Both the position numbers and the translations under genes were made by a program. A stretch of DNA of 32,646 bases, from contig JAUCBJ010005688.1 in the NCBI GenBank assembly GCA_032718475.1, positions 1 through 32,646 of the forward strand. Direction: 5' to 3'. Of the stretch, positions 21,780-32,646 are shown one piece after another (position 1 is the first letter of the stretch; every line of letters begins with the position of its first letter). Under the pieces are notes generated by a model that made no database searches, was not told the DNA's origin, and worked only from the letters and a program-made list of their open reading frames with translations. This stretch comes from Nemertoderma westbladi. Lineage: Eukaryota; Animalia; Xenacoelomorpha.

Positions 21780-22974
21780 TATAACAATTGCGACTTACAT
21801 TAAAGTGGTTTTGGAGTGAATCTAATGCTATTTCATAGGCACTACATGTGTAGGTTGCTGTTCTCTTTATATGTGACTAAAATTAGTGAAGGTCGGCAGA
21901 TCGGTGTGCAGTATTATGCGGTAGTGTGCATGAGTGTGATAGATAACAAAGCATCTCCTAAAGAATGCGCTTTATACGTGAATCAATAGCCATCCTGTTG
22001 TGCTTAGTGTAAGTCATAACTCTGTTTACATACTTAGAGCGCCACGTCCTAAAGGAACTGTTGATATTTCCCGAAAGTGAATAATATTTGTCAGAGATTA
22101 TATATTAACGATCAATCGAATAATACAGTAGGCCTACACCGCAATAAGGTCAGAGCTTCCGAATCCAGTCTCCCGGGTATATCCAGCGGGTGAATGGTCG
22201 CGCATAGGCTGGCTTCGGCTAATGTAGTGTATCCAATACTCGTCATAGGCTAAAGTCGATTTATAACCTAGAAGACACCTAAATTTGGCAGGTTAAACTG
22301 CTAAAGGTCTGAAAGCGCGAACAATCTACCTTCTCACCTGTGACACCTTCACATGTGCAATGTGGACAGGACAGTGCTGAAAGGCTATGCAACCAATACA
22401 GAACCAAACTGTATGTATGTTATTTGTATGATGGATTGACTAAATTTCTAGCATCAATAAGCTAAACTTGGAACCACCATTATACTATCAGCTGGCTATG
22501 AGGCCACTGCTGCTCAAATTTTGGCGCTCCTTGGAAGGTGGCGCCCCCCCCCCCCCCCCCTCCCCCCTTCTGCACGCCACTGCACGGTGAAGAAGACGTT
22601 TCGGAAACAAGCTACAGTTCGTCGCAGCCCCCAATGAAAAAAAAATAAACAAAAAAAAAACATTTAAAAAAATTATTATACTTTGAAAAAATTTCCCGAT
22701 ATTTTCCCGAATTCCCAAAGTTCCACAATTTTACAAAAATATCAGAGTGTTTTATAATGGAGACCGCCGGGTAGTAACTAAATTTTGAAAAAAAATAGAA
22801 GTCTTTTCCCAGAGAGGTCTGTTTTCGAGCAAAAGTCGGCGGTACCCACTGGTACGGATTTGCCACATTACCTTTCGCTAGGGAGGGGGCAAGCCCCCCC
22901 CCCCAAGATACCTGGGGAGGGGCAAATGCCCCCTTGCCCCCCCCCCCCCCCCTAGAACCGCCACTGCCTTCATT

Positions 22975-23515
22975 AGTTTGGAACGAGAGAAGACCCCAGC
23001 ATTTCCCTCACGTCCGTAGCTCCCAACTTCTATGTACGTAAGGCGGTATTCGCATCGCAAACTGCCAGCATTATAGTGCTGAAATAGTCCTTATAATTGT
23101 AGAACAAGGATCCCGACGAATTTGGGCATTGAATTTCAAAATGTTTCCCGTCAATATATATTGGAGATAATTTATTCCATATAATTCCACATGTCTCGCC
23201 CAATATTCGGCTTACTGTAGATTGCCGCGTTGAAACCTGATGGCAAGGGAGGTGATACTTGGTCCATGCGACAGAAATACAAGCGTTATGACCAGCCGTT
23301 CTTCTGAGCTTATTGTTTGGCGATGTATTGGAAACTTTTCTGTACCTGTCTCTACTGTACTAACGCGCGAAGGTGATCAAACAGCTGAGGAGTCATCCGC
23401 AGGTACTTAAAAAACACCTCGGGGTCATTCTCTCGGAGATGTTTGTAGGTGCCTTCAAACTCACTGATTTATCGTCGACAGTTTGAAGGCCTGACCCACG
23501 ACCGACGAGTTTTAT
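22975..23515 (-). pseudogene. Harbinger (HARBI1-like) DDE transposase remnant
   Basis: Minus-strand translation across stops and frameshifts gives RRSWVRP, DPEVFFKYLRM, EERLVITLVFLSHG, STVSRILGETC..IW, IDGKH, SGSLFYNYKDYFS..LAVCDA and YIEVGSYGREG. Confidence 0.9.
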
Positions 23516-23850
23516 TCCTTCAATATGCGGCAAATGTAAGTAATAGTGCCGCAACTTTCTTTCTATTCACCATTCTGACTCAATCTTATAGCATTCCGAT
23601 GATTGTATATTTGTATATTTATATTATTATATTATGAATATAAATTATCTTATGTATATTTATTACTATGTATATTATTATGTTAATAATGAATATATTG
23701 TAGACTGTAATTTTTATTAAAATTATTTACAGTATAGCATTATTATATTTATTTACCCATCTATATCCATTTTGGTGATATTCTAATATCACAATGAACG
23801 AACATACTGTATATATGTATGCAAAAAGGGTCACAATGTCACGTTTATAA

Positions 23851-23998
23851 TCTGGGAAAGATGCTAAATTGAATTTGCATTAATGTCATTAATGAGTCCT
23901 GTGATCAAAAGTGATGGGTGATAGGGAGTTGTGAGGGTGTAAATTTGTTAATAAGCGGGAGTAGCAATTTTGATGCAGCTGCAATACGGCATGTCGAT
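23851..23998 (+). mobile_element. Short 3'-end fragment related to the RTE-like LINE at 2582-4919
   Basis: ATGGGTGATAGGGAGTTGTG and ATGCAGCTGCAAT..GCATG.CGAT are shared with 4819-4906. Confidence 0.75.
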
Positions 23999-24404
23999 TA
24001 TAGATTTATAAAGTACAGTTAAGTAAGTTAACGGCGGACTTGAAAACGAAACATCTGAGTATATGGGTCCTTAATCCAGGACCAAGGGAGTCCTTATCCC
24101 AGAACGAAGGGGTCATGGTTACAGGACCAGATTTGCCCTAGTAAGAGGGTCTATGCAGCTACAGGGGGCACATCCTTTATGCTGCATGGAGGTGGCAAAT
24201 TTTCTTGATCAATGACCTAGAATACCTGACCCGACCTGTAAATGCTTTATAAAAGTTTAATACTTTATCCACTATTATTTATTGTCTAATTATGATGTAC
24301 AGTATAACAACCATATTGTCATTATCACAAACTGAATTGCAACCTATTATTATTAACCCAAGGATTTGATTGTATTTACTGTATTTCATTGTGGGCGAAT
24401 AGAA

Positions 24405-24520
24405 ACCGTTGCGTTACCGCAGTGGTACCGCAGCGGAACCGTTGCGTTACCGCAGTGGTACCGCAGCGGAACCGTTGCGTTACCGCAGCGGTACCGTTGC
24501 GTTACCGCAGCGGTTCCGTT
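24405..24520. repeat. Harbinger right subterminal 11/33-bp palindromic repeats
   Basis: ACCGTTGCGTTACCGCAGTGGTACCGCAGCGGA tandem, same motif family as 10595-10702. Confidence 0.85.
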
Positions 24521-24827
24521 GGGTGTGAACGGGCTCCGGGTAGTTTACCGCTGGCTTACCGCTTCTATACCGCAAGACTAACCATTGGGACCAAACTACC
24601 TGTCAACAGGTAGTTTACCGCTCACGCACCGTTGGATGTGAACGGGCCTTAAGGTTGGTGTAGCCCTGGTGATAAATACATTTTATTAATGTTGAAGTCC
24701 GCGACAAAGGCTATATAGGTAATAATAACCATAATATTATTAAGTAATTAATAAGGCCAAATTATGAGACTCTCAGTCCATACAATTCATTTCAGCCACG
24801 CAGGCTCGTAGGGGGTAGGAGATAGCA

Positions 24828-25140
24828 CGGCTTTGCGACGCTTAGACCACACTTATGATGATTAACACCCTACGGGTGTCATTGTGTGTCATTTGACACT
24901 AACGTATCACCCAATGTGTGCCATGGCGCCAAACTGCCTGGTGACACCTGTTAATTAGGCTAATTAAACCCGAAATTGGCAGGTGTCATCAAATAATTAG
25001 TACAATTAAACCCTAATAGGTGTCGTAGGGTTCAACTGATTTACCTAATTAATCAGACATAATGACGCTATAGCACGCAATGAATGTCAGTGTGGTCTAT
25101 ACGTCGCAAAGCCGAGCAATGGGTGTCATTAAATGACACC
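24828..25140. mobile_element. Palindrome-rich element, diverged inverted copy of 2261-2572
   Basis: Core TAATTAGTACAATTAAACCCTAATAGGTGTC is the reverse complement of ~2389-2419. It has its own IR (24828-24853 and 25089-25114), a hairpin at 25122-25140, then an AT-rich tract as in copy 1. Confidence 0.8.
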
Positions 25141-25589
25141 TCTTCCCTATTTATTTATTATTATTAATTTATTTATATTCATTTAATTTTAATTATATTA
25201 ATATAAATAATAATATGAATATTTTATTTAAATAGTGCCTGCTTTAGGTCCTCCCGCTCTGTATGGCGATGTGCTGGTGTGGTGGATGGTGCATCCGGAC
25301 CTTATGTACACATTTAAACTTTGCAATATTTTTGTTGTTGTTTGCAATTTTTCAATACTCAAACTACATATGCTAAAAAATATTTAAATCTAATTATATT
25401 ATTATTATTTATTATTCATTGTATCATTGGAATAATGTTGTTTAATTATGTTATAAAAAAAATGCAAATAAGTTTCAAACTTTAAATAGTTTCTGAATAT
25501 TTTATTTAAATGAAAATTTTTATTCATTTAATTATAATATAATTAAATGAATATAACCTCCCTCACTTTAAAAATTGAAATGGTAATAA

Positions 25590-26170
25590 TAAGATGTAAA
25601 TGGAAGTAAACTTGATTAGAACAAAAATTGTCAAATTTAGGAAAGCAGGAAGATTAGCCCATTCTGATAAATTCTACTATTCTGGTAAAGATTCGATTAT
25701 CTTGTGGTTCTTTTACAACCATCTCTGTGTTTTACCAAACATATAGATCGGAAGAAGAGGGAATCCTATGGAGCTATCCGATGTCTAACAAATCTCAACA
25801 TATTGTCTATTGAAACCGGAATGAAGATATATTACATAAAAATCGAACCAATAGTTACATACGCTTTCGTGGAAATAGGTAAATTCTTTAATCTGAAAAA
25901 TCTTCAAATTTAATCAAAATCAAGCTGCGTTAAAAGATTACTTTCTCTGCACAAATCGGCTTCTTCAACAATGGCTTTAAAATTAATAAACTCTCGTACA
26001 TTTATAGAAGATGTCATACAAAAACATCCCAATATATTCAAACCCGATGTCATAGAAGATTATAAAAATTATCGCCAAAGTCGCAATGAAAGTTTCGCCG
26101 ATCAAGGCTATATATCTGTACCCGCGTTCACCTCAACGACTTAGAAAGGAGTTACACGTTGTACCATATA
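25590..26170 (+). pseudogene. Decayed LINE fragment (RT C-terminal region)
   Basis: Translates to VNLIRTKIVKFRKAGRL and IYYIKIEPIVTYA, typical post-YADD LINE motifs, with stops and frameshifts. Confidence 0.55.
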
Positions 26171-26344
26171 TGGTAATGAATCTGTCTCGGTAGACCTATA
26201 GGTCCATTGCCATAATACTAATTTTTTTAAGGCAGTGATTTTTTATGTCCGTTTATTTGATTTTTTTGTCCGCCTTATTGTGCATAATGACTTTTGTTGT
26301 CCCTTTAATGACTTTTTATGTATGTATTTCTTCAAACTGTCAGA

Positions 26345-26660
26345 CGCTGATTTCTGGACTGTCAGACAGTTGATTTCAACATGCCTACTCTATGCTAAAA
26401 CATTAAAAATTTGTTGATTTCTGGTCTGTCGGCCAGTTGGTTTCACTATGCCTGTGCCAAAACATTCAAAATTTGTTGATTTCTTGACTGTCTGACAGTT
26501 TAATTTACAATAATTTTGGCAAAACATTCAAAATTCCATGATTTATAGACTATGAGTTACATTTCCATATGCGCCTGTGGTAAAAGACTCTAAATTTAAT
26601 AGTTTGTGGTTGTTTTCGATAATCGATTACCATATGACGTAGCAAAACACTCATTTTAGA
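26345..26660. repeat. Degenerate ~62-bp tandem repeat
   Basis: TGATTT.TGGACTGTC.GACAGTT...AAAACATT.AAAATTT recurs 4-5 times. Confidence 0.65.
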
Positions 26661-26672
26661 GCCAAAAACAAT

Positions 26673-27110
26673 TACCAATTGATGGAAAGGATCAGGTTAG
26701 AGAGGCCTGATTTTCTAACCAAAACAATAAACAGTCGCTTTACCAAATGAAGGAAAGGAGCAGGTTACAGAGTCGGGCCTTTCTAACCAAAACAATAAAC
26801 GGTCACTTTACCAAATCAGGGAAAGCAGCAGGTTACAGAGGCGGGATTTTCTAACCAAAACAATAACCGATCATTTAACTAATTGAGGGAAAGGAGCAGG
26901 TTCAAGGGGCGGGATTTTCTAACCAAAACAATAAACAGTCACTTTACCAAATGAAGGAAAGGAACAGGTTACAGAGGCGGGTGTTTCTAACCAAAACAAT
27001 AAACAATCACTTTAGCAATTGGGGAAAGGAGCAGGTTACAGAAACGGAATTTTCTAACCAAAACAATAAAATATACCACTTTACCAATTGAGGAAAAGGA
27101 GCATTTTACG
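26673..27110. repeat. 68-bp satellite, ~7 copies
   Basis: GGAAAGGAGCAGGTTACAGA...TTTCTAACCAAAACAATAAAC at 26684, 26752, 26820, 26888, 26956 and onward. Confidence 0.92.
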
Positions 27111-27608
27111 GCGGCATTATATTACATTATGAACAGTTGTATATATCCTTTTTTGGGACAACCTCTTTGCTTTTTAGCTAAAACAGCGCCGATATTTTCG
27201 ATATCAGTGTGTTTTCGCTATCAAATGGGGAATAAGTAGGTTTTTCGAACACATTGTGTGGACTGATCTGTTAGTTTAGAACTACATTTCAGATTTAGAG
27301 GTACCACTACAACTTACCCCTGACATTACAGTAGTCATGATCCATTTTAAATGCATTATCCAGATATGTATCATTTATCTAAAATTTATTAATTTTTTAA
27401 AAGGTAGCGGTCAGCCGGCACTAAAATTCTGAAATTAGTTTACTAATTACCATCATTCTCTCATCTACAACTGTTTAGGCTACATATCAGAGTACCGGTA
27501 TCAGTATCTATTGTACAGTAGCTGAGTAGTATAATGCTATATAATTCTTTCTAAGGCATAGGCTTTATACCTACATACAATACAGCAATACTGCTCTATA
27601 TACTAATA

Positions 27609-28562
27609 CCGGTGTAACAGGAAAATATGCCCCCCCCCCCCGGGAAATGTGCCCGGGGGGGGGCATATTTTCCTAGGAAAAAATGCCCCCCGGGCAAATT
27701 TCCCTAGGAAAAAATGCCCCCCGGGCAAATTTCCCTAGGAAAAAATGCCCCCCCTTAGGAAATTATGCCCCCCCTGAATTATACAATAAACAAAACTTAT
27801 TACTACTAAAACTTACAAAAATTATACAAAACAACAAACAGTCACTTTACCAAATGAAGGAAAGGAGCAGGTTACAGAGGCATGCCTTTCTAACCAAAAC
27901 AATAAACGATCATTTAACTAATTGAGGGAAAGGAGCAGGTTACAGAGGCGGGATTTTCTAACCAAAACTAATAAACAGTCACTTTAGCAAATCAGGGAAA
28001 GGAGCAGGTTACAGAGACGGAATTTTCTAACCAAAACAATATACGATAACATTACCAATTGAGAGAAAGGAGCAGGTTACAGAGGCGGGATTTTCTAACC
28101 AAAACAATAAACAATCACTTTACCAAATCAGGGAAAGGAGCAGGTTACAGACTTAAAAAGCTTGGAGCTGCTCGGCGCCCACACAACACCACACACTCGC
28201 ACTGCTGTTATACCAGTACTTACTACAGTAGCCTACTGACTTAGATACTTCAGTATGCTGTTCTACATCCCTTACTGCCTTACCTGCTTACCTACCGGCA
28301 GACCGGCACCGTACTATTCTTCCAACTATTACAAGTTCTGCAGTTGGTAGATTAAAAGTGGCTAACAGCAGGCCGGTATCGTACCAGTTTTCAGACTTTT
28401 GAGGGGGCCTAATTTTCCTGAGGGGAGGCATTATTTCCTAAGGAGAAAATGCCCCCCCGGGCTACATTTCCTAGGAAAAATTGCCCGGGGGGACATAATA
28501 TCCTAGGAAATAATGCCCCGGGGGACATATTCTAGGGGGGGCTGATTTCCTTGTGACACCGG
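27609..28562. mobile_element. MITE with CCGGTGT termini, 8-bp TSD and internal 68-bp satellite
   Basis: CCGGTGTAACAGG / CCTTGTGACACCGG; flanks TACTAATA vs TACTGATA (7/8); subterminal CCTAGGAAA..ATGCCCCC repeats at both ends; ~5 satellite units at 27830-28150. Confidence 0.85.
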
Positions 28563-29671
28563 TACTGATAGCCTAAGAGAACAGCAGTAGAGAAACCGGT
28601 AGCATGGAACCCAACGGTAGATTTCTGGCGGACATAAAAAGTAAAAAAAATAGAGGACATTATGAGTGATTTAAATGGACAAGAAAAATTATTGCGTTAT
28701 TTTAATAGGAATTACTGTGGCTATACATTTTACTATCAAATTAAGGCCGTGGTGGTACTCCTATTTAATATACACCATAAATACACTGTTTAATTTAATT
28801 TAATTTCATACATAACCAAATAATTGGAAAGTACAGTAACAATGAATATTATAGGAAATGACATAGAGCAGACTGAGAATATAAACACAATAGACAATAC
28901 AAAAAATACACAATACTGCATAATAATAGGATTAGGTAATAGGAATATAACGAAAAAGAAAATAATATTAACATATTATGTAGTTGTGACTGCGACTAAA
29001 ATATCAAATAAATCGGTGTCTGTTAAATTGTTAAGTTCTGAAGACCCTGCCTGATCTAATAGCGATAATTTCCTTACATATATTGATTCGCCATTCGTTT
29101 TCTGGTAGCACAGGTGCATAACGTTTATTACACAAAGATTTCATATTTAAGGAAGCTAATAAGTTTACATTACAAAAATTAGCAATATTCCTCAAATTAC
29201 TACCAGCACGAGACTGACAATTATATAAAGTAAATTCAATGTTCAAGTTCAGGTCAAAGTTTATTCGATTCACGCAAACCAATAGAAAATTTAAGAAAAC
29301 GTGAAAGCATCATAATCATTGGGTGATTAAATTGCACAATATTATCTATAAAATATCTATGGCTATTATAAGGTAGACCATAAATTATTCTACAATTTTT
29401 ATTCCACGCTGTAAATAACCGGTTACACGTAGCTGAGAACAGGTCCCAAAGATTACTACCATAAAAGGCAGTCGAATATATACGTTGTAATTTGCATATT
29501 GTATCCGGCCACGCAAATTAGAATTCCTGACGAAGGCAATTGAGCTTACCGATGAATTGGCCACGTTTCTTAATACAATCTGATTCTAAGTTACAACGAA
29601 AATCTAATGTGTGACCAAGATGTATTTCTTCTTTAACCCAAGCAATACGACGCCACCTAGTGATATTTTAA

Positions 29672-30709
29672 CCCTATTACCACTGGGGGGGGGGGGGGGG
29701 GGGGGGGGGGGAACCGGCCCATTCCTAATTTTTAATTGCTGTATCTATGCAACCACATTATGTAGCAGCCCAATTTTTTTACGAGAATTAGTCAAATTTA
29801 ATGGCGCATCTTTTGCAAAAAACGGCGTTGCAATTAGATTTCAACTTTTCGATGTGGGTGCCACCTCAAAATTTGGTCCCCAGAAGAAATTTTTTTGAAA
29901 TTTTCGAATTTTACAAGATCATTTGTGAGTTAGTAATTCTTTATGTTGGGACTTTTTTTATAGATTCTGATTCGTATGGAGCACTCTACTACTCTATATA
30001 AGTAGGTAAGGAAAGTGGTACGTCATTTTTGGTGCACTAAAATTAGGGCGTGGCACTTCAAATTTTCAAAATTGCAATATTCGTTAAATAATCCGAAGTT
30101 TTGATTTCAACGCATTTTTATAGGTTTTCTGGCCCGATTAATCGATTGAAAGTTATATAGAAGACTCAATTCTTAGTGGTACATCATTTTTGGTGCACCA
30201 AAATTAGGGCGTGGCAAGTAGGTTTACTTCAAATTTTCATAATTACGATATTCAGAAAATAACACAAGGTTTTAATTTCAACCCATTTTTAGAGGTTATC
30301 TGGACCGCTGAATCGATTGAAGGTAATATTGAAGCTTCAAGTCTTAGTGGTACGTCATGAATGCCAAAAATGCCCAGTTCAATTTTAGGAAATGGAATAT
30401 AATCACATTCGATTCAGCGTAGTGAAAAACCTACTAATGCTAGCCAACAATGCCACACTATCAGATTTTAGAATATCAAAAAAATGTATATTATGTATAT
30501 TTCTATTTTTTCATGAAAATTATTATACCCACCTTATGAAATTTTAATTTTTTTGGATTGGAAATGTTCTTCGATAATTTTTTCACCTACAGCCCAAATT
30601 TCGTAGGATTTTATTGGATGGTTACAAAAATAAAAATACAGCGGGGGGGGGGGGCGAATCGACCCCCGCCAGTGCTGCTAATGGTCTAAACACCCCAGTG
30701 GTAATAGGG
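29672..30709. mobile_element. piggyBac-type MITE inserted in the LINE ORF
   Basis: 17-bp TIR CCCTATTACCACTGGGG, TTAA TSD (29668-29671, 30710-30713), and an internal ~160-175-bp direct repeat starting AGTGGTAC.TCAT. Confidence 0.92.
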
Positions 30710-31599
30710 TTAACGGATGGTTCAATCCAAGAATATCCAAATGGAATACACTTCGACTTTGATTTGGAGGGTTTAGGATCTGTGCTGAACTTAAGTTTAT
30801 TGACTGCCGCAAATTTATTACACATATCGATCATATATTGAAGTCGAGTTATACTTGGGCGCAAAAGAAATATGTCTTCTGCGTAGGCTAAAATTCCATA
30901 ATAAAAAGATCTTATTTTGCAACTAACTCCAGAGTTACGTAATGTTATTATAAGAATATTTAGAACAACGCAGAATAACGTCGGAGAGGCGACCGAATCT
31001 TGCCGGACTCCGTTTTTCAGAGTGAAAGTATCGGAACAGATGTTATTCCATTTGACACAACACGACTGGTTTACATATACCCACAGTAAAACCCTAAGAA
31101 ACAGTGGAGCCACTCCTTTCTTTAGTAGTTCGAGGAATAACTTCTGCCATTCTATCATATCGAAAGCTTTCGATAGATCTAAAAGGCAACCAAATACCGG
31201 GGTAGAGTGTCTAGTAAAATGACCAATGACTTCCGTAGCAGCCCACGTACATTGGGTCGTACTGCATTTCGACTGAAAACCAAACTGAAGGTCGTCTAAT
31301 AACAAATGTGTTGACTGAGTCAGAATCATAACCCATTCGAATATCTTGATTAATAAACTCGAAATAGCTATCGCTCGGTAATTCCCTGATGAGGTGTGGT
31401 CCCCCAACTTATTCTTAATTAACGGCAGGATGACGCAAGTCAAAACAAACTTTGGTATGAAACCATGGACTAAAAAAGAATTGAACAAAACACTTAAATG
31501 ATAAGAAAGAATCGACCCTGCATTGATTAAACAGTCGGAATCAAACAGAAATAGGGCATCTGACTTCCCTCCCTTGACGGTGAATAGCTTCCGAAACAA
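30710..31599 (-). pseudogene. LINE reverse transcriptase, catalytically degenerate
   Basis: NYRAIAISS, QFGFQ, LDLSKAFD, GVRQDSVASP, and YAED in place of YADD. Confidence 0.88.
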
Positions 31600-32646
31600 T
31601 CTCGGGAGTAACTAGATGTGGATTTAAGGGTAATTCATTCTCCAATTAAACTTTAATCTCGTTTTCTATGTGACAAATATCGGAATCATACGGTTGATTA
31701 TAAAGATTTTTATATATATCGGCAAACCTACCAGCAATAGAGGTCTCATCGGTAGCTGAATCTATGGTAGAACTTCAACTTGTCTCTACGGACTGAATCA
31801 ACACTCCTTTTTAAGCGTCGAACAGCGTATTTATATTGTAACCGTGAAGTGCTACGCATAAGAAATAAATGGGCGTTCTCTGAGACAGTAGGATATAGCA
31901 CCATACATCATGCCAAAACATGGCCTCATCTCGGAAGGGCTTGACGTGTTCATTCCACCCTGGTAAGATAGGCAGAGCTTCGTCATGTGAATTAATGGGT
32001 GAAACAGAAACCAAACATTCCGAAGCTTTGTCCAAAGCCTCTAATAATTCTAGTGTGTATTTTTCGATTGCATTTTTATGACAGTCCTCCCTCATTACAA
32101 AACACGTTTTTACAGTTAATACAATCGAAATTAATATTATTTAAATTATCACTCAAATCATTTTTAATCTTTTGTTTATTAGTTTCGGTAGCCCGCGCGT
32201 AACAATGAATATTCCTATTAACAGTTTTACTACTGTTATTAACTACGCCCCCATAAGTTACAGTTACACTCTAATTTGAATTTACAGAAAATAGGGCTGT
32301 GATTACAGTTATTCGCCCCACTGCGATAAACACCTGCATCTACTATATTGTTAAAAATATTCGAAGATGTAAGAAAATGATCAATTGTAGACGTTATATC
32401 ACGCACCTCACAATATGAGTGGTCAATGGGAAAGGAATCCCAAATGCGCTCCAAATTATTCTCACTTAGAAATTGACTGATTGTACGTACATGCATAGTT
32501 GTTCTAGAAAAATCACCGTTAATGTCACCAGCTATTATACAATGCTCAGTACCCTCAGTATCAATAATACTTTTAATTTCACACAATACCTCAAATAATT
32601 CATCCGTAACATTAGTCGTCGACCGGGGGTCTACGGGAAAATACAC

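Larger units (their letters stand above)
10867..22966. mobile_element. hAT-type non-autonomous element inserted in the Harbinger transposase gene
   Basis: TIR CAGGGGCGGTTCTAGG / CCTAGAACCGCCACTG (15/16 match), exact 8-bp TSD CCTTCATT (10859-10866, 22967-22974), G/C-run subterminal regions. Confidence 0.9.
10334..24649 (-). mobile_element. PIF/Harbinger DNA transposon (defective), host of nested insertions
   Basis: Perfect 21-bp TIR AGGCCCGTTCACATCCAACGG (10334-10354 and 24629-24649), TAA TSD on both sides, subterminal palindromic repeats and a transposase remnant. Confidence 0.92.
28789..32646 (-). mobile_element. Decayed APE-RT LINE (CR1/L2-group-like, clade not assigned), running off the window's right edge
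   Basis: Endonuclease motifs IAGDIN, TIDHF and NHSPI (32239-32646); RT at 30710-31599; the C-terminus resumes below 29671 (HLGHTL, FYGSNLW, WNKNCR..YGLP); (AAATT)n tail near 28789-28807. Confidence 0.88.

Noticed and set aside
21820-21824. ATCTA matching the 5 bp left of the 5' LTR, as a TSD
   Set aside because: It would make the LTR end in GA rather than CA. The TTACA end at 21779 fits better but gives only TCTA/TATA, so the TSD is unresolved.
22140-22235. GC-richer stretch ending CTTCGGCTAATG, reminiscent of an HDV-like ribozyme
   Set aside because: I could not build the nested double-pseudoknot helices by eye; an RNArobo or Infernal search would settle it.
26673-28150. 68-bp repeats as a CRISPR array, and the small ORFs across them
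   Set aside because: Whole units are homologous rather than repeat plus unique spacer; the ORFs are by-products of the repeats.
30622-30709. C-terminal tail NPITTG...PPPPAVFLFL of the 325-aa RT ORF
   Set aside because: Read-through into the piggyBac-type MITE; the true LINE frame resumes below 29671.

Overview
Repeat-dense eukaryotic DNA, probably from an invertebrate animal, with no recognisable host gene; almost all of it is transposon-derived. Left to right: a palindromic 22-bp minisatellite; two Helentron/DINE-1-like non-autonomous elements whose internal tandem repeats carry CTCF-like sites (the second ends in a 1.08-kb (GAC)n run); a 5'-truncated RTE-like LINE with an open RT frame; and small inverted-repeat elements. 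A three-level nest follows: a Harbinger element (10334-24649, TAA TSD) holds a hAT-type element (10867-22966, 8-bp TSD), which holds a young BEL/Pao LTR retrotransposon (11618-21779). The right end has more MITEs, a 68-bp satellite and a decayed minus-strand LINE split by a piggyBac-type MITE. The most unusual object is the LTR element. It has ~99% identical LTRs and an intact Gag, then a single in-frame TGA-C stop and a protease fused in frame to the RNase H tail, with RT and integrase absent. Its ~3-kb 3' region contains duplicated stem-loops with compensatory changes and a run of unassigned small ORFs. All calls come from reading motifs by eye; no searches or folding programs were run.
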